Below are positions 18,006-28,585 of a DNA stretch of 64,000 nt, one piece after another. Positions within the stretch are counted from its first letter, which is position 1. Every line of letters starts with the position of its first letter. The DNA is from a virus, in IMG/VR virus record IMGVR_UViG_3300028569_000030, positions 15,100-79,099 of that record. One strand, given 5' to 3'. The notes under the pieces are model-generated. The model was not told the DNA's origin, searched no databases, and worked only from the letters and a program-made list of their open reading frames with translations. The position numbers and the translations under genes are program-made.

Positions 18006-20708
18006 ATGGCATACTTACAAAACGACGCAAAAAAATTATTAAATAAAGTAGCTAATTCTCAAGTTTTGAGTCAACAAGCTGCACAACAGCCAAACCAAGA
18101 TCCCAATCAACCTCAACAAGAAATTCCTAGTAACCAAGGAATTAGTGGATCACAGCCTATTGGACAACAGATTCAACCATCTGCCCCAAAAGCTCCCACT
18201 GCTTCTGGAGCATTTACTAATATTCAACAATATGCTCAAAAAAACGTGAAAGCTGGAGCTAATTTAGCCGGAGCTGTTCAACAGGGACTACAGACTGCTG
18301 CTGACGTTACTAAGAAGAATATAGACCAAACTGGACAAAAGTTTAATACTGAAGTAGAAGCTGGGTCTTTGCAAAACAGAGGTACGGCTCAATCTGAGAT
18401 ACAGAAAGCAACATTAACGGCTGCTGGTGGAGTTCAAGATCCTACAGCTCAAGCTAAGCAACTAGCAGAACAACAAGCACAGTATAAGCAACTAGTCCCA
18501 ACTTATGATCCTAAAATTAAAGCTCAACAAGCTCTTTTAGACGAAGCCAATAAAAAACAAGCTCAATATAATGATTATACAAAAGCCAAAGCAGTAATAG
18601 AAGACGTTAAGAAGTATTTTTCTCAGACTAATACGGAAAATGCTTACGGAACTATTAATCGACTTAAAGATTTAAAGGGTAATCAATTTGCCGATACATA
18701 TAGTAGAAATCCTTTATTACCAACTTCTAAAGCCACAGTTCTTCAGAATGCTCTAGATAGTATATATGGAAAAGGAAAAGTTAGTATATATGGAAAAGGT
18801 AAGCAGTATTTTGACTTAACAAAAGCACTAAAAGATCCTAAGTTTGCTAATAAGTATTATGCTAGTGTTTTGGGACAAGTGGGATTTAAAAATAAAGAAC
18901 TACTTGCAGATTACAACACTGCTCCAGTTATCGGTAAGAATGGAAAAATAGTACAAGCAGCAACTGCTACTCCAAAATATACAGACCAAACAAAGCAACT
19001 TACCGATTATAATACCGCTATAGCTCAATTAAATGCTGAAAAGAAATCAAACGAAGCGCTCTCTACATTTGCCCCAAGATCAGTTGATGTTCCTGCACTA
19101 CTAGCACAAGCATCTTCTTATACTGGAGATGTGTCTGACCAGCGAGTAAAGGACATTTTAAATGCTGCTTACAAAGGTCCAGAAGCTTTATACGAAATTA
19201 AAGGGTATGATGAGACTCTAGAGAAAGCTAGGCAAGCAGATAGAAAACTAGGAATGGTTGATAGATCTGGAGTAAAAAGTAATTTACTTCAGGATATATT
19301 TAGTAAACCAGAAAGATCCTATACTAGAGGAAGCAGGAATTTAGATTCTGCCATACTAGGACAATCTGGAAAATTAGGCGATATATTACAAACTAAAAAA
19401 GATATTGGAAATGTGTCAGATGTTTTGACTGCTAGAGAACAAGCAGCTAGAGGATTATCAGGAGAAAGAACTTCTGAGATAGATTCTATAAGAGAAAAGT
19501 CTAAAGGCAGTTTACAAGATATTGCTAAAGCTAGAGATACTCAAATAGAGTCCAGGTTGGAGAATGTTGTTAAGGATTGGGATAAACTTCCTACTTACTT
19601 AAGAACAAGGCTAAAAGAAGGTCTAAAGAGTGGTGGAGCAGGGATTGAGCTTTCTGGAGCTGAACTATCTTTACTTGGTGCTTCTGGTGGGGAAGGTCTA
19701 TATAATGCTATTAGTAAAGCTGGGATAAATAATGTTATAAAAACTACAGCCGCTTCTAAAGATAGATTAATAGGTAAAGATGAACAGTCTCAGTTAGCTA
19801 GATTACAAGAATTAGCTAAAATGAGCGAAGATTATGGTACTGCTGGCCAACCACTTAATTACGCCAATAAATATAGTAGAGCTAACAGAGCAGGGACTCA
19901 AACGTCGTTGGACGCATTTGATAGAGAGAATTTTTCCGCCCTTCAAAAACAAGAAGAAGATAAGTTTATGAAAGCTGCTAAAGCGGCTAATATTGCAGTT
20001 ACAGGCAGAGGAGAAGAGTCTACTGAAGGTGGATACTTTAGTAGTGATACTATTTCTTATGCAAAAAGAGATGCTAATGCTAAGATTAAAGACGTACTAA
20101 AGAAAATGGGATATAAGTCAGATTATATAGACTCTGCTGAAGGAAAAGATTTTGCAAAAGCACTAGCAGGATCGATGAATATGGGACATGGGGAAACGGA
20201 AGATGAGATAAATAATTTAATAGCTACTAGAGTTAGTGCTCCACAAGCTAACGCTAATTTTAAAAACATAGCAAATAATCCAATAAGCTATTTAAGTCCT
20301 GCAAATGGGTTTGGAACATTTAGCACTCCTGCTATAGCCGCTGCAACTGCTGGTCTTATTCCAAAAATTATGGGAAATAAAGCAGTATCAAATGCTGTTG
20401 GAAATGTTTTTGGTAAAGATACTGGACATGCTCAAGGTGTTGCTGCACAAAGAGCAGAAGCAGATGCAAAAAAGAAGCTACAAGCTGGAGTAGAGAAGTG
20501 GTTTAAAGATCAGGGATTTAGCAATAGATTAGTCCAAAATTCTTCTGATGCTAATACCTTAGCTCGTATGCCAGAATTAGCAAGGATATTAGCTGGACTA
20601 GATCTAACAAACTCTAATCCCACTGCTATACCTGCTCAAAATCAATCGAATCAAGCAAACAATACTAATGATATTATAACTAAACTACTAAAATCTAACA
20701 GGAAATAA
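18006..20708 (+). CDS. Putative internal virion / DNA ejection protein
   Basis: Large, Cys-free, Ala/Gln/Lys-rich helical protein after tail genes. Confidence 0.55.
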   Translation: MAYLQNDAKKLLNKVANSQVLSQQAAQQPNQDPNQPQQEIPSNQGISGSQPIGQQIQPSAPKAPTASGAFTNIQQYAQKNVKAGANLAGAVQQGLQTAADVTKKNIDQTGQKFNTEVEAGSLQNRGTAQSEIQKATLTAAGGVQDPTAQAKQLAEQQAQYKQLVPTYDPKIKAQQALLDEANKKQAQYNDYTKAKAVIEDVKKYFSQTNTENAYGTINRLKDLKGNQFADTYSRNPLLPTSKATVLQNALDSIYGKGKVSIYGKGKQYFDLTKALKDPKFANKYYASVLGQVGFKNKELLADYNTAPVIGKNGKIVQAATATPKYTDQTKQLTDYNTAIAQLNAEKKSNEALSTFAPRSVDVPALLAQASSYTGDVSDQRVKDILNAAYKGPEALYEIKGYDETLEKARQADRKLGMVDRSGVKSNLLQDIFSKPERSYTRGSRNLDSAILGQSGKLGDILQTKKDIGNVSDVLTAREQAARGLSGERTSEIDSIREKSKGSLQDIAKARDTQIESRLENVVKDWDKLPTYLRTRLKEGLKSGGAGIELSGAELSLLGASGGEGLYNAISKAGINNVIKTTAASKDRLIGKDEQSQLARLQELAKMSEDYGTAGQPLNYANKYSRANRAGTQTSLDAFDRENFSALQKQEEDKFMKAAKAANIAVTGRGEESTEGGYFSSDTISYAKRDANAKIKDVLKKMGYKSDYIDSAEGKDFAKALAGSMNMGHGETEDEINNLIATRVSAPQANANFKNIANNPISYLSPANGFGTFSTPAIAAATAGLIPKIMGNKAVSNAVGNVFGKDTGHAQGVAAQRAEADAKKKLQAGVEKWFKDQGFSNRLVQNSSDANTLARMPELARILAGLDLTNSNPTAIPAQNQSNQANNTNDIITKLLKSNRK

Positions 20709-20711
20709 AAT

Positions 20712-21758
20712 ATGGCTGTTCCTTTAATCGCTGCTGGTGCCTTAATGGCAGCAAAAATGGGCTCTGACTACATGGCAGGGCACGCAGCAAAAGACGCTGC
20801 TCAAGCTGCTGCTGATGCTAAACATCTTGCTATGTTAGAAGCTAAAAAGTTAGTTGAAGCTGTTGGAATACCAGAAGTAGAGGCTTTAAAAATAGTATTA
20901 GCTAAACCAGAATATGAAAATTTAGATTTTAGTCCAGAGCTACTTGGACAATCAGCTCAAGAAGATATTGCACCAGATGCATTAACTGAATCAACTAGAA
21001 AAAAAGCATTACTTAATTTAATACAAAGATCTGAGCAAGGATTATCTCCTCTTGACTTAGATATGGCTAGACAGATACAAGACCAAGGAGCTGCAAAAAC
21101 AATAGCTGCTGGTAAGGCTATGCAAAATAGTTTAGCTCAGCAAGGAATTAATCCATCTAGCGGATTATCTCAAATGCAAGCTCTATTATCCTCTCAATCT
21201 GCTGCAAACAATGCTGCACAGGATTCTAGATCATTATTGAGAGATGCTTATGCTAATAGAATATCTGCTCAAGAAGCTGCTGGAAGAATGGCGGAAAGTC
21301 AAGGATCTACTGATTATAGTAGAAAGTTAAATAAAGCTAATAGAAAAGACACTATTTCAGAAATTAACCAAAAATACAGTAACCAAGCTAAAGATGCTAG
21401 TAGATCGTTTAACATAGAGACGGCTAGACAAGAAGCTGATAGAAAAAATAAAGAACAGCTTTACAATAAAGATATTTTGGTAGATGATTATGGTAGACAA
21501 TTAGCTAGAGCAGAGACTATGGGTAATTTTGCTCTTGGCCAAGGAAATAATGCTGCAAATATTGCGGTACAACGTGGACAAGGTAAAGCTGATATGTATA
21601 GAGGAATTGGAAAGGCTGCTGGATCTCTTGCTGGAATAGCGGGAGGGATGTATAATCCCAATGCTGACGCTCTTACAGCAGGATTAGGGGGCGCTAAACC
21701 AAAACCAGCATCACAAATTTACGATTACAATTCTGACGATGATGGTGAATGGTCGTAA
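20712..21758 (+). CDS. Putative DNA ejection (pilot-like) protein
   Basis: Hydrophobic Ala/Gly N-terminus (MAVPLIAAGALMAA), Q/A-rich helices, Gly-rich C-terminus. Confidence 0.6.
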   Translation: MAVPLIAAGALMAAKMGSDYMAGHAAKDAAQAAADAKHLAMLEAKKLVEAVGIPEVEALKIVLAKPEYENLDFSPELLGQSAQEDIAPDALTESTRKKALLNLIQRSEQGLSPLDLDMARQIQDQGAAKTIAAGKAMQNSLAQQGINPSSGLSQMQALLSSQSAANNAAQDSRSLLRDAYANRISAQEAAGRMAESQGSTDYSRKLNKANRKDTISEINQKYSNQAKDASRSFNIETARQEADRKNKEQLYNKDILVDDYGRQLARAETMGNFALGQGNNAANIAVQRGQGKADMYRGIGKAAGSLAGIAGGMYNPNADALTAGLGGAKPKPASQIYDYNSDDDGEWS

Positions 21759-21785
21759 CTAAGGCTTTAAAAATAGGATATAGCA

Positions 21786-23237
21786 ATGGTAAATGAATAT
21801 CAAAAACTACTAGATCAATGGAATAGCTTAGGAGGTAAAAAACAACTACCTTCTGAAACCTTATTGCCAGATCCAAATGCATATGATACTCCAATGGAAC
21901 AACAGCTACCAGATCAAACTTCTAATTTAGGAAATTCTAATAATTACGAAGATTTACTAAACAACTGGAATAGTTTATTAGGGACTAACTCAGCTCCTGC
22001 GTTACCTGATCCAAATAATCCCCAAATTCCTGAGCTAGAGCAACAGCCTATAGAAAATCCACCTACTATAGGATTACAAAATCCAGAATCATTTCCTATA
22101 ATAGAAAAAGATCTGGCTTCAGACTCTACTCAATCATTAGTACAAGAACCTACTAAACAAAGCGAATACGAAAGATTAATGGGAGAGTATGAAAAATATC
22201 TAACAGATAGCGATGCTCAATTAAAAGCAGCTCAAGAACAGAAATCTAGTAGCGATATGATAACTAATGTGATAAATGCGCTTGGACATGCATCTACCGG
22301 ATTAGCTAATAGAGGCGGAACTGGTAGATATGAGCACAAGGATATAGATTTCCAAAATAAAGACTTAGTAAATAATGTTAGTCAATCCATAGGATTAATG
22401 GGCAAGAAGTTTGATAAGATTGATGATTTTACAAAACTAGGAAGAGAAGCTGATTTACATAATCCAAACAGTGAGCAGTCTGTAGCTGCTAGAAAAATGA
22501 TTGAAGCTAATTTCCCAGATTTAAAAACTCAATACGGAGCTGGTTGGGAAAAAATGACCGCAGCATCTTTTGATGATATATTTAAGGTACTTAGCCTTAA
22601 AGAAAATACTGATGCTAGAAAAGAGGCAGCAATCTCTCTATCTGGAGAAAGAGCTTTAGCTAAGAAAGAAAAAGATAATGAAAAACTAGAATTGCTAAAA
22701 ACTCCTTACGGAATAGCTAGAACTAATGATGATGCTAAAAAACTAAAAGAAGCTGCTCAAAACAAAGATGATTTTGATACTTTATTAAGTGAAGCAATAG
22801 CACTAAGAGAGAAGCATGGCGGTGGGCAAGTGCTTAATAGAGATGATCAGAAGATAGCAGATGGGCTATCAGCAGATCTATTAGCAAAATATAAAAGCTT
22901 AATTAAATTAGGTGTTTTAAGTGCAACCGACTATAAACTCTTAGATTCTATTGTTCCTAAAGACGTTTTAGGATATAATAATCCTGTTGCTGCTATACAA
23001 GGACAAGATCCAATACTGGCGCAATTACAAGCTCTTAAAGGTAGAGTAGATACTCAATTTCAATATAGCATACCTCTAAGAATACGAGAAGGAGTTCAGA
23101 CTGATGTATTTGAAAAAGAACCGAAAGAGTCTGAAAAATCTGCTATTAGCCAGGAAGATAAGGAAGCAATTGATTGGGCTAATAAAAATCCAAAAGATCC
23201 TAGAGCTAAACAAATACTTCAGTTACATGGGATGTAA
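21786..23237 (+). CDS. Putative DNA ejection protein
   Basis: Helical, Pro/Gln-rich N-terminus, ejectosome gene context. Confidence 0.55.
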   Translation: MVNEYQKLLDQWNSLGGKKQLPSETLLPDPNAYDTPMEQQLPDQTSNLGNSNNYEDLLNNWNSLLGTNSAPALPDPNNPQIPELEQQPIENPPTIGLQNPESFPIIEKDLASDSTQSLVQEPTKQSEYERLMGEYEKYLTDSDAQLKAAQEQKSSSDMITNVINALGHASTGLANRGGTGRYEHKDIDFQNKDLVNNVSQSIGLMGKKFDKIDDFTKLGREADLHNPNSEQSVAARKMIEANFPDLKTQYGAGWEKMTAASFDDIFKVLSLKENTDARKEAAISLSGERALAKKEKDNEKLELLKTPYGIARTNDDAKKLKEAAQNKDDFDTLLSEAIALREKHGGGQVLNRDDQKIADGLSADLLAKYKSLIKLGVLSATDYKLLDSIVPKDVLGYNNPVAAIQGQDPILAQLQALKGRVDTQFQYSIPLRIREGVQTDVFEKEPKESEKSAISQEDKEAIDWANKNPKDPRAKQILQLHGM

Positions 23238-23239
23238 TA

Positions 23240-25903
23240 ATGAGCGATTCATTTAATCCAGACAAATATTTAAAAAGTAAAGCAGGCGCGTCTTTTGATC
23301 CTGATACTTATTTAAAAAAGAAATCTCCATCTTCTGATACTAGCAAACTAGAGTCTGGACTTTTAGGCTTAGCTCAGGGCGCTACGTTTAATTTTGCAGA
23401 CGAGGGAGTTGCTGGGATAGAAGCCGCTTATGATGCTCTAACTAGCGACGAGACGCTAAAAAATTCTTACCAAAAGAATTTAGAAGAACAAAGAAAAATG
23501 TACGACGAAGCTAAAGAAGCTAATCCAGCTAGTTACCTTACTGGAGAAATAGGTGGTGGAGTAGCCTCTGCTTTTATTCCTGGAGTTGGCGCTATTGGAA
23601 ATGTGGGAAGAGTTGCTAAAGGCGCAGGACTGGCTACTAAAATTGGAGCTGGTGTTTTAGGTGGAGCTACTCAAGGAGCATTGTCTTCTGTTGGAGCATC
23701 TGAAGAAACTGATGTTCCTGGATTAGCTGTAGACGCTCTTACTGGGGGACTTGTTGGGGGATCGTTAGGTGCAGCATTGCCAATAGCCGGAGCTGGAGTG
23801 TCGCCACTAGCTTCTGGGACAAAGAACGTAGCAAGAGCAGGGGCTGATTATTTAGGTAGCCATCTCGGTAAAGTAGAAGATTTGCTTAGCGCGTATGATC
23901 TTAGAAAAGCAGGAGTTAAGGTTATTGGAAAAGAGGCAGAACAAGCAGTAAAAAAAGAGACTTCTGAGACATTAGATAATTTAGTTAGAGAATTGAAAAA
24001 AAGCGTTGGAAAAGATAGTGAGGTTATTGGAGCTGCTATTAAAGACGTCAAAGCTGGAAAAATATCTACAGCAGACTTCCTTAATGAAATAGAGGACGGC
24101 ATTTCTAAAAAAGAAATACCAGAAGGCGCAATTAGAAGTGCAATAAATAAAGTTAAAGCAGAGCTTTCTACTACAGAAAAAATAAAAGATGTAGAAGGAG
24201 CTATGGCCGCTGCTAAAAATTGGCAGACAGAGCAACAAGATTTATTTCCAGATATAACTGTAAAAGATCCTTATGTAGCTAAAAGTGGGGAAAATGTAAT
24301 AGCTGAATTAGAAAAGCCAGGATCGCTAAAAGAAAAGGTTAAGGCTTTACAGGTAGAAGTTCCAGAAATAGATGGAGAGCTTTTGCCTGAGTCTGCATTA
24401 GCTAGAGCTAAAAAGCTACTTGGTAAGGGAAAATTAAAATCTGAACTACTAGAAGAGCAATCATATCCATCAAAATTATCAATGGCTACAGCAGATGATG
24501 GTACTAAGTATGTGCAAAACATTGTGACTACATTACAAGAGGCTGAACCAAAAGAAGCTAAAAAACTATTTAAAGTACTAGAAAAAGAAGTAGTTAAGGC
24601 TGCTGACGATCTAAGTACCAACGATGCTTATGATTTATATAAAAAACTAAGAGATAGTGCCAATAAAGCTAGAGGAGCTGGAGGAGAAAACTATCTTGAT
24701 AATTTGGCTAACAGCCTATTAGTTAAAATAGAAAAAGCATTGCCAGAGAAAAGCAGAGAAGCATTGTCTACAGGCAGAGTACAAATGGCTACAAAAATAG
24801 GCCAATTAGAGCAAATGCCTAAGTTTAAAGATTTATCAGATTGGCTATCTAGAAAAGAAACAAGTGGATTTGTTGAGCCGGTTGAGGAAGTATTGACTAA
24901 AGGTAAAATAGGACAAGATTTATTTGGAGATAGTGACCACAACAAAACACAAAGAGAAGCTGTTTCTAAATTAGAAGAATTGCTAACTGGAAAACAAGAT
25001 TACTCTAAGAAACTAGAAGAGTTAAATACTAGAGATAGGCTTTTAAACTTGTCAAATAGAGATTCAAATTTGGGACAGGATTCCTTTTCCCTTACTGGGC
25101 TAGCTAAATCAGTGCTTCCAAAAGCATCTATTCCTGGATACGCTGGTAACTTTGCTGGATGGACTGCCACGCTAAAAGATAGTCCTATGGGCAAGCTTAT
25201 AAAAAGTGTTTCTGATATTCTTGATGGCCCAACAAAGAATGTGGCTATTAGAGAGCTTGCTAAGTATGCAAATATTCCAGAAAGCGAAGCTATTGAGTTA
25301 GTTTCACAATATAAAACAGATGAGATATCTATACCAGATTCAGGTATAGCAAAAAAGAAAGACTATGAATCTGAGTATGATACTATAGATCCTATTGAAT
25401 TTTTAGAGGCTTCTGAGGGAAGTGCAGAAACTGCTTTACCTGGTAATGTAAAAGTTCCAGGAAAAACTGGGTCCTATGATGATGGTAAAGGTAACATAAC
25501 TCATGGACCATTTGGAGCCAATCAAAACTCTCTTACTACTAAAAAAGCGTATAAAGATTTGGGACTAGATATAAACAACTCTACTTATGATGAACACGCT
25601 AAAGCTGCAAGATACAATTGGCAATTACACAGAAAAACTATGCAACAATCTTTAGACAATAAAAAAGTTAATCTGGATGCTGTTCCACAAGAGAAAAAAG
25701 CACTAGTAGATTTTCTCCTTACAGACTTAGTATATAATGGAGGACTAGCTCCTATCAATAGTAGTAGCGGAGCTAAGATGCTAGACTCTATTAAACAAGG
25801 CGATATTCCTTCTTTTGTTCAGCAATATCAAAGATTTATAATGGCTAAACCTGGGGCTGGTCCTAGAAAATCTGAAATAATAAAAGTACTAAAACAATTG
25901 TAA
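23240..25903 (+). CDS. Putative ejection protein with C-terminal lysozyme-like (GH24) domain
   Basis: FNPDKYL/FDPDTYL N-terminus, Gly/Ala-rich hydrophobic segments, C-terminal SEG...YDDGKGNITHG...LTDLVYNGG. Confidence 0.6.
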   Translation: MSDSFNPDKYLKSKAGASFDPDTYLKKKSPSSDTSKLESGLLGLAQGATFNFADEGVAGIEAAYDALTSDETLKNSYQKNLEEQRKMYDEAKEANPASYLTGEIGGGVASAFIPGVGAIGNVGRVAKGAGLATKIGAGVLGGATQGALSSVGASEETDVPGLAVDALTGGLVGGSLGAALPIAGAGVSPLASGTKNVARAGADYLGSHLGKVEDLLSAYDLRKAGVKVIGKEAEQAVKKETSETLDNLVRELKKSVGKDSEVIGAAIKDVKAGKISTADFLNEIEDGISKKEIPEGAIRSAINKVKAELSTTEKIKDVEGAMAAAKNWQTEQQDLFPDITVKDPYVAKSGENVIAELEKPGSLKEKVKALQVEVPEIDGELLPESALARAKKLLGKGKLKSELLEEQSYPSKLSMATADDGTKYVQNIVTTLQEAEPKEAKKLFKVLEKEVVKAADDLSTNDAYDLYKKLRDSANKARGAGGENYLDNLANSLLVKIEKALPEKSREALSTGRVQMATKIGQLEQMPKFKDLSDWLSRKETSGFVEPVEEVLTKGKIGQDLFGDSDHNKTQREAVSKLEELLTGKQDYSKKLEELNTRDRLLNLSNRDSNLGQDSFSLTGLAKSVLPKASIPGYAGNFAGWTATLKDSPMGKLIKSVSDILDGPTKNVAIRELAKYANIPESEAIELVSQYKTDEISIPDSGIAKKKDYESEYDTIDPIEFLEASEGSAETALPGNVKVPGKTGSYDDGKGNITHGPFGANQNSLTTKKAYKDLGLDINNSTYDEHAKAARYNWQLHRKTMQQSLDNKKVNLDAVPQEKKALVDFLLTDLVYNGGLAPINSSSGAKMLDSIKQGDIPSFVQQYQRFIMAKPGAGPRKSEIIKVLKQL

Positions 25904-25926
25904 CGTCTTAAAAAAGGGCTAATCGT

Positions 25927-26196
25927 ATGAAGCAGCAGTTGGATAAAATCGAAGATAAACTAGATGGATTGGATAGGCGATTAGATAGTGTAGACATTAC
26001 ATTAACAAAACAACACTCTTCTCTAGAAGAGCACATGAAAAGAAGCGATCACTTAGAAAAAAGAATTGAATTACTAAAACAAGAACTAATCCCAGTTGAA
26101 AAACACGTAGCTGCTGTTGGAGTTATTTTAAAGGCTATAGGAACTTTGTCTATATTTCTAGCAATTTTCGCGTCAATAAAACAAATAATGCGTTAG
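25927..26196 (+). CDS. Coiled-coil protein with C-terminal TM (holin/XhlA-like candidate)
   Basis: Heptad N-terminus plus single hydrophobic helix; last gene of + arm. Confidence 0.5.
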   Translation: MKQQLDKIEDKLDGLDRRLDSVDITLTKQHSSLEEHMKRSDHLEKRIELLKQELIPVEKHVAAVGVILKAIGTLSIFLAIFASIKQIMR

Positions 26197-26594
26197 TCTT
26201 TCTCATCTCTAGTAACCTTGCCTTCATTTATTGGAGTTAGTTCGCATAGAGATGAAGCGCTTTTCTTTCTGTTGAATAAACAGCGATTTCTAGCGTTATT
26301 TTCTTGATAAATCTTTACCCTAGCCTTTGCATCAGTATAGAACCTAGCGTCTCTAAAATCGGCATTTATAGCTTCTTTAATGAACTGATTGTAGTATTCA
26401 GCAGCTTTTGGATTATTTGCTAGGTCTTTTAGGAATTTTTGGTCTATATCAATATAATCATGTCTAAGCTTAATGTTTCTAGCCTTACCAATATATGGGT
26501 ACTTTCTTAGCATTTCTGCTACGCTCATACTTTTGGGTTTTTTTGATTTGGTCGAAGTAGTCTTTGGCTTCTTTTTTGATTTCATCATTAACAC
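26193..26594 (-). CDS. Hypothetical protein (start uncertain, possibly 26528)
   Basis: Last ORF of - arm, converges with + arm. Confidence 0.5.
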   Translation of the reverse strand: MLMMKSKKKPKTTSTKSKKPKSMSVAEMLRKYPYIGKARNIKLRHDYIDIDQKFLKDLANNPKAAEYYNQFIKEAINADFRDARFYTDAKARVKIYQENNARNRCLFNRKKSASSLCELTPINEGKVTRDEKD

Positions 26595-26922
26595 CTTTTT
26601 CTACCGAAAAAAACCGCCTTCTACCCCAGCGACCCTTTCCTAACATTCTTCCCATTTCTCTAAATAATATATACCAGTTAACTTTATCTACGTCTTTTAC
26701 TTTAGTGAATTTTTTAAAATACAGATATGCTATTATTCTAGGTTCTATTTTAGCAGAGGTTCCAGGAACTAAATCAAATTCTCTTAAGAATATTTTTAAA
26801 TGAGAGAGGTCAGACTTCCGTTTTCTGACCCCCTTATTCGACCTATCCTTGATCTTTGTAGATTCTTCCTGAATCTTAATCTCTTGTAGCACAACATTTA
26901 GAGCAGTTTCTAGTTTTTTCAT
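26485..26922 (-). CDS. Hypothetical basic protein
   Basis: Packed ORF in - strand operon. Confidence 0.5.
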   Translation of the reverse strand: MKKLETALNVVLQEIKIQEESTKIKDRSNKGVRKRKSDLSHLKIFLREFDLVPGTSAKIEPRIIAYLYFKKFTKVKDVDKVNWYILFREMGRMLGKGRWGRRRFFSVEKGVNDEIKKEAKDYFDQIKKTQKYERSRNAKKVPIYW

Positions 26923-26925
26923 ATT

Positions 26926-27714
26926 TTAAAGAATAGAATTACCATTAGTTTTACTTAGCACTTTCTGTGGATTAAACAAGTCAAATATTGCCGACTCTAC
27001 CGCTTTAGTTAACTTTTTGCCTGAACTAGAGGTAGCGCTTATTGGAGCTGTAATTAATGGGCACTTAGAAAATGTAACATGAAAAGATCCAAACATACTA
27101 GCAACGGTTTGAGATTCTGTAGCCTGTAAGCTCTCTCCACAATTAATACTAACTACTGCATCTGAATGTCCATTAGCTACAGCAGCATCAGATAGTAACC
27201 ACAATTCGTTTACAATAGACTTTTGGTAATCGGCTAGTGATTTACCAATTCTTTTTGCAACAGCTTTATCCATCAAAGTAGTTAGTCCAGTCAACCACTC
27301 TAACCTACTATTGGCTTCTCCTGGGATCTGACCACTAAGTCCTCCAATTGCTGCTCTATGGCTCATTAATACTCCACTGCCAACAATAAATCTATAGTCT
27401 AGTGATTGAGCTATGTGGTATCCCATTGATGCTGCAAAAATAGTAATAGTGTGTACTTTTCTATTTAGTCCTTTAGCTGCCTCAATAAATAAATTACCAG
27501 CGTCAATAGATCCACCTGGAGTATATAGGACGACATAAAGAGGTACATTTTTTGGAAGCTTTGAGGACTTGGCATATAATTCTCTAGTTTTAGCTGACAT
27601 CAGCTCGCTTGTGACAACTCCCCTAATAGAGATAGTGTTGTTGTCCTCAAGAGCAATAATTGCAGAGTTAGCATAAGATGCAAATAACATGGTTAAAGTC
27701 AGTAGTAATTTCAT
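26926..27714 (-). CDS. ClpP/crotonase-fold serine protease with N-terminal signal peptide
   Basis: YTPGGS..AG, AASMG (catalytic Ser), LMSHRA (His), WL....A...G..D; MKLLLTLTMLFASYANS signal. Confidence 0.8.
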   Translation of the reverse strand: MKLLLTLTMLFASYANSAIIALEDNNTISIRGVVTSELMSAKTRELYAKSSKLPKNVPLYVVLYTPGGSIDAGNLFIEAAKGLNRKVHTITIFAASMGYHIAQSLDYRFIVGSGVLMSHRAAIGGLSGQIPGEANSRLEWLTGLTTLMDKAVAKRIGKSLADYQKSIVNELWLLSDAAVANGHSDAVVSINCGESLQATESQTVASMFGSFHVTFSKCPLITAPISATSSSGKKLTKAVESAIFDLFNPQKVLSKTNGNSIL

Positions 27715-28112
27715 TTTTTCTTATTCCTTTTTCTTTCTTCTTGTTCCAATCTAGTTTTTTTCTCAGAGCATTCTGAGCAGAGGAGTTGAAATCCTTCCTT
27801 AGAACAAAAAAGTTGGTTTATATATGAATCCCAAGTCGTAAATCCTTCCATTGGAGGGACCACAGGATATATGTGATCCATAACTGTCTTACCCATTATA
27901 ACACGAGAAGTTGTTTGATTGCAAATATTATCGTAATTTTCTTTCGAAGAGCCTTCGTAAACTAGAATTCCACAACTTTTGCACTCGAAAGTAGCAGGAA
28001 ATCTTTTTGCAGCAGCCTTCACTTCATTTCTAGGATACCAAGAAAATGATAGTCTTCTAAGTGCTGCAATTATTCTACCTTTAAATCTATTTGACTCGTT
28101 TTTTGTTTCCAC
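27711..28112 (-). CDS. HNH-family endonuclease
   Basis: CKSC...DHIYPV....W..YIN.LFC....Q.LC..C..KT. Confidence 0.7.
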   Translation of the reverse strand: METKNESNRFKGRIIAALRRLSFSWYPRNEVKAAAKRFPATFECKSCGILVYEGSSKENYDNICNQTTSRVIMGKTVMDHIYPVVPPMEGFTTWDSYINQLFCSKEGFQLLCSECSEKKTRLEQEERKRNKKK

Positions 28113-28575
28113 TTTCCTTCTTTTTAAGGTCAGAAGACGTAACTCCAGTCACCTCAGTGTTGTATGGCTTTAGTTTAGTTCTGTTTTGGCACTTAGGAGA
28201 GTTGCACGCTCTAAAATAAAAATCTCCATCGTGTCTAGGTAGGATTATCAGCTTCATAATTCCAGTACCACAAGAATGACATTCCCATTTTTTTATCATA
28301 TCGTCTATAGTATCTTCTTTCTTTTCCTTAGCTTCTTTTAAAGTTAGATCGTTTTTAGCTGCTACTATAAGCTCTTCTACGGTCAAATCTTTTGATACGC
28401 CTTTTAAGAACTGTACATTCTTATGGAAGGCATCTGTAAGAGTTTTAACTTCAGAAAGAAGTTGTCTTTTGTCTGATTCTAATCTTCTTATGATACTTTT
28501 TAACTTTTTCTCTTCTGAAGATTTTGGTTCTTTATCTCTGTATATGTACTTATCTTTACGTATTTTTCTTGCCAT
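28087..28575 (-). CDS. Coiled-coil protein with C-terminal Zn ribbon
   Basis: CHSC...CNSPKC; start at ATG after GGAG RBS. Confidence 0.5.
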   Translation of the reverse strand: MARKIRKDKYIYRDKEPKSSEEKKLKSIIRRLESDKRQLLSEVKTLTDAFHKNVQFLKGVSKDLTVEELIVAAKNDLTLKEAKEKKEDTIDDMIKKWECHSCGTGIMKLIILPRHDGDFYFRACNSPKCQNRTKLKPYNTEVTGVTSSDLKKKESGNKKRVK

Positions 28576-28585
28576 GTCATCTCCA

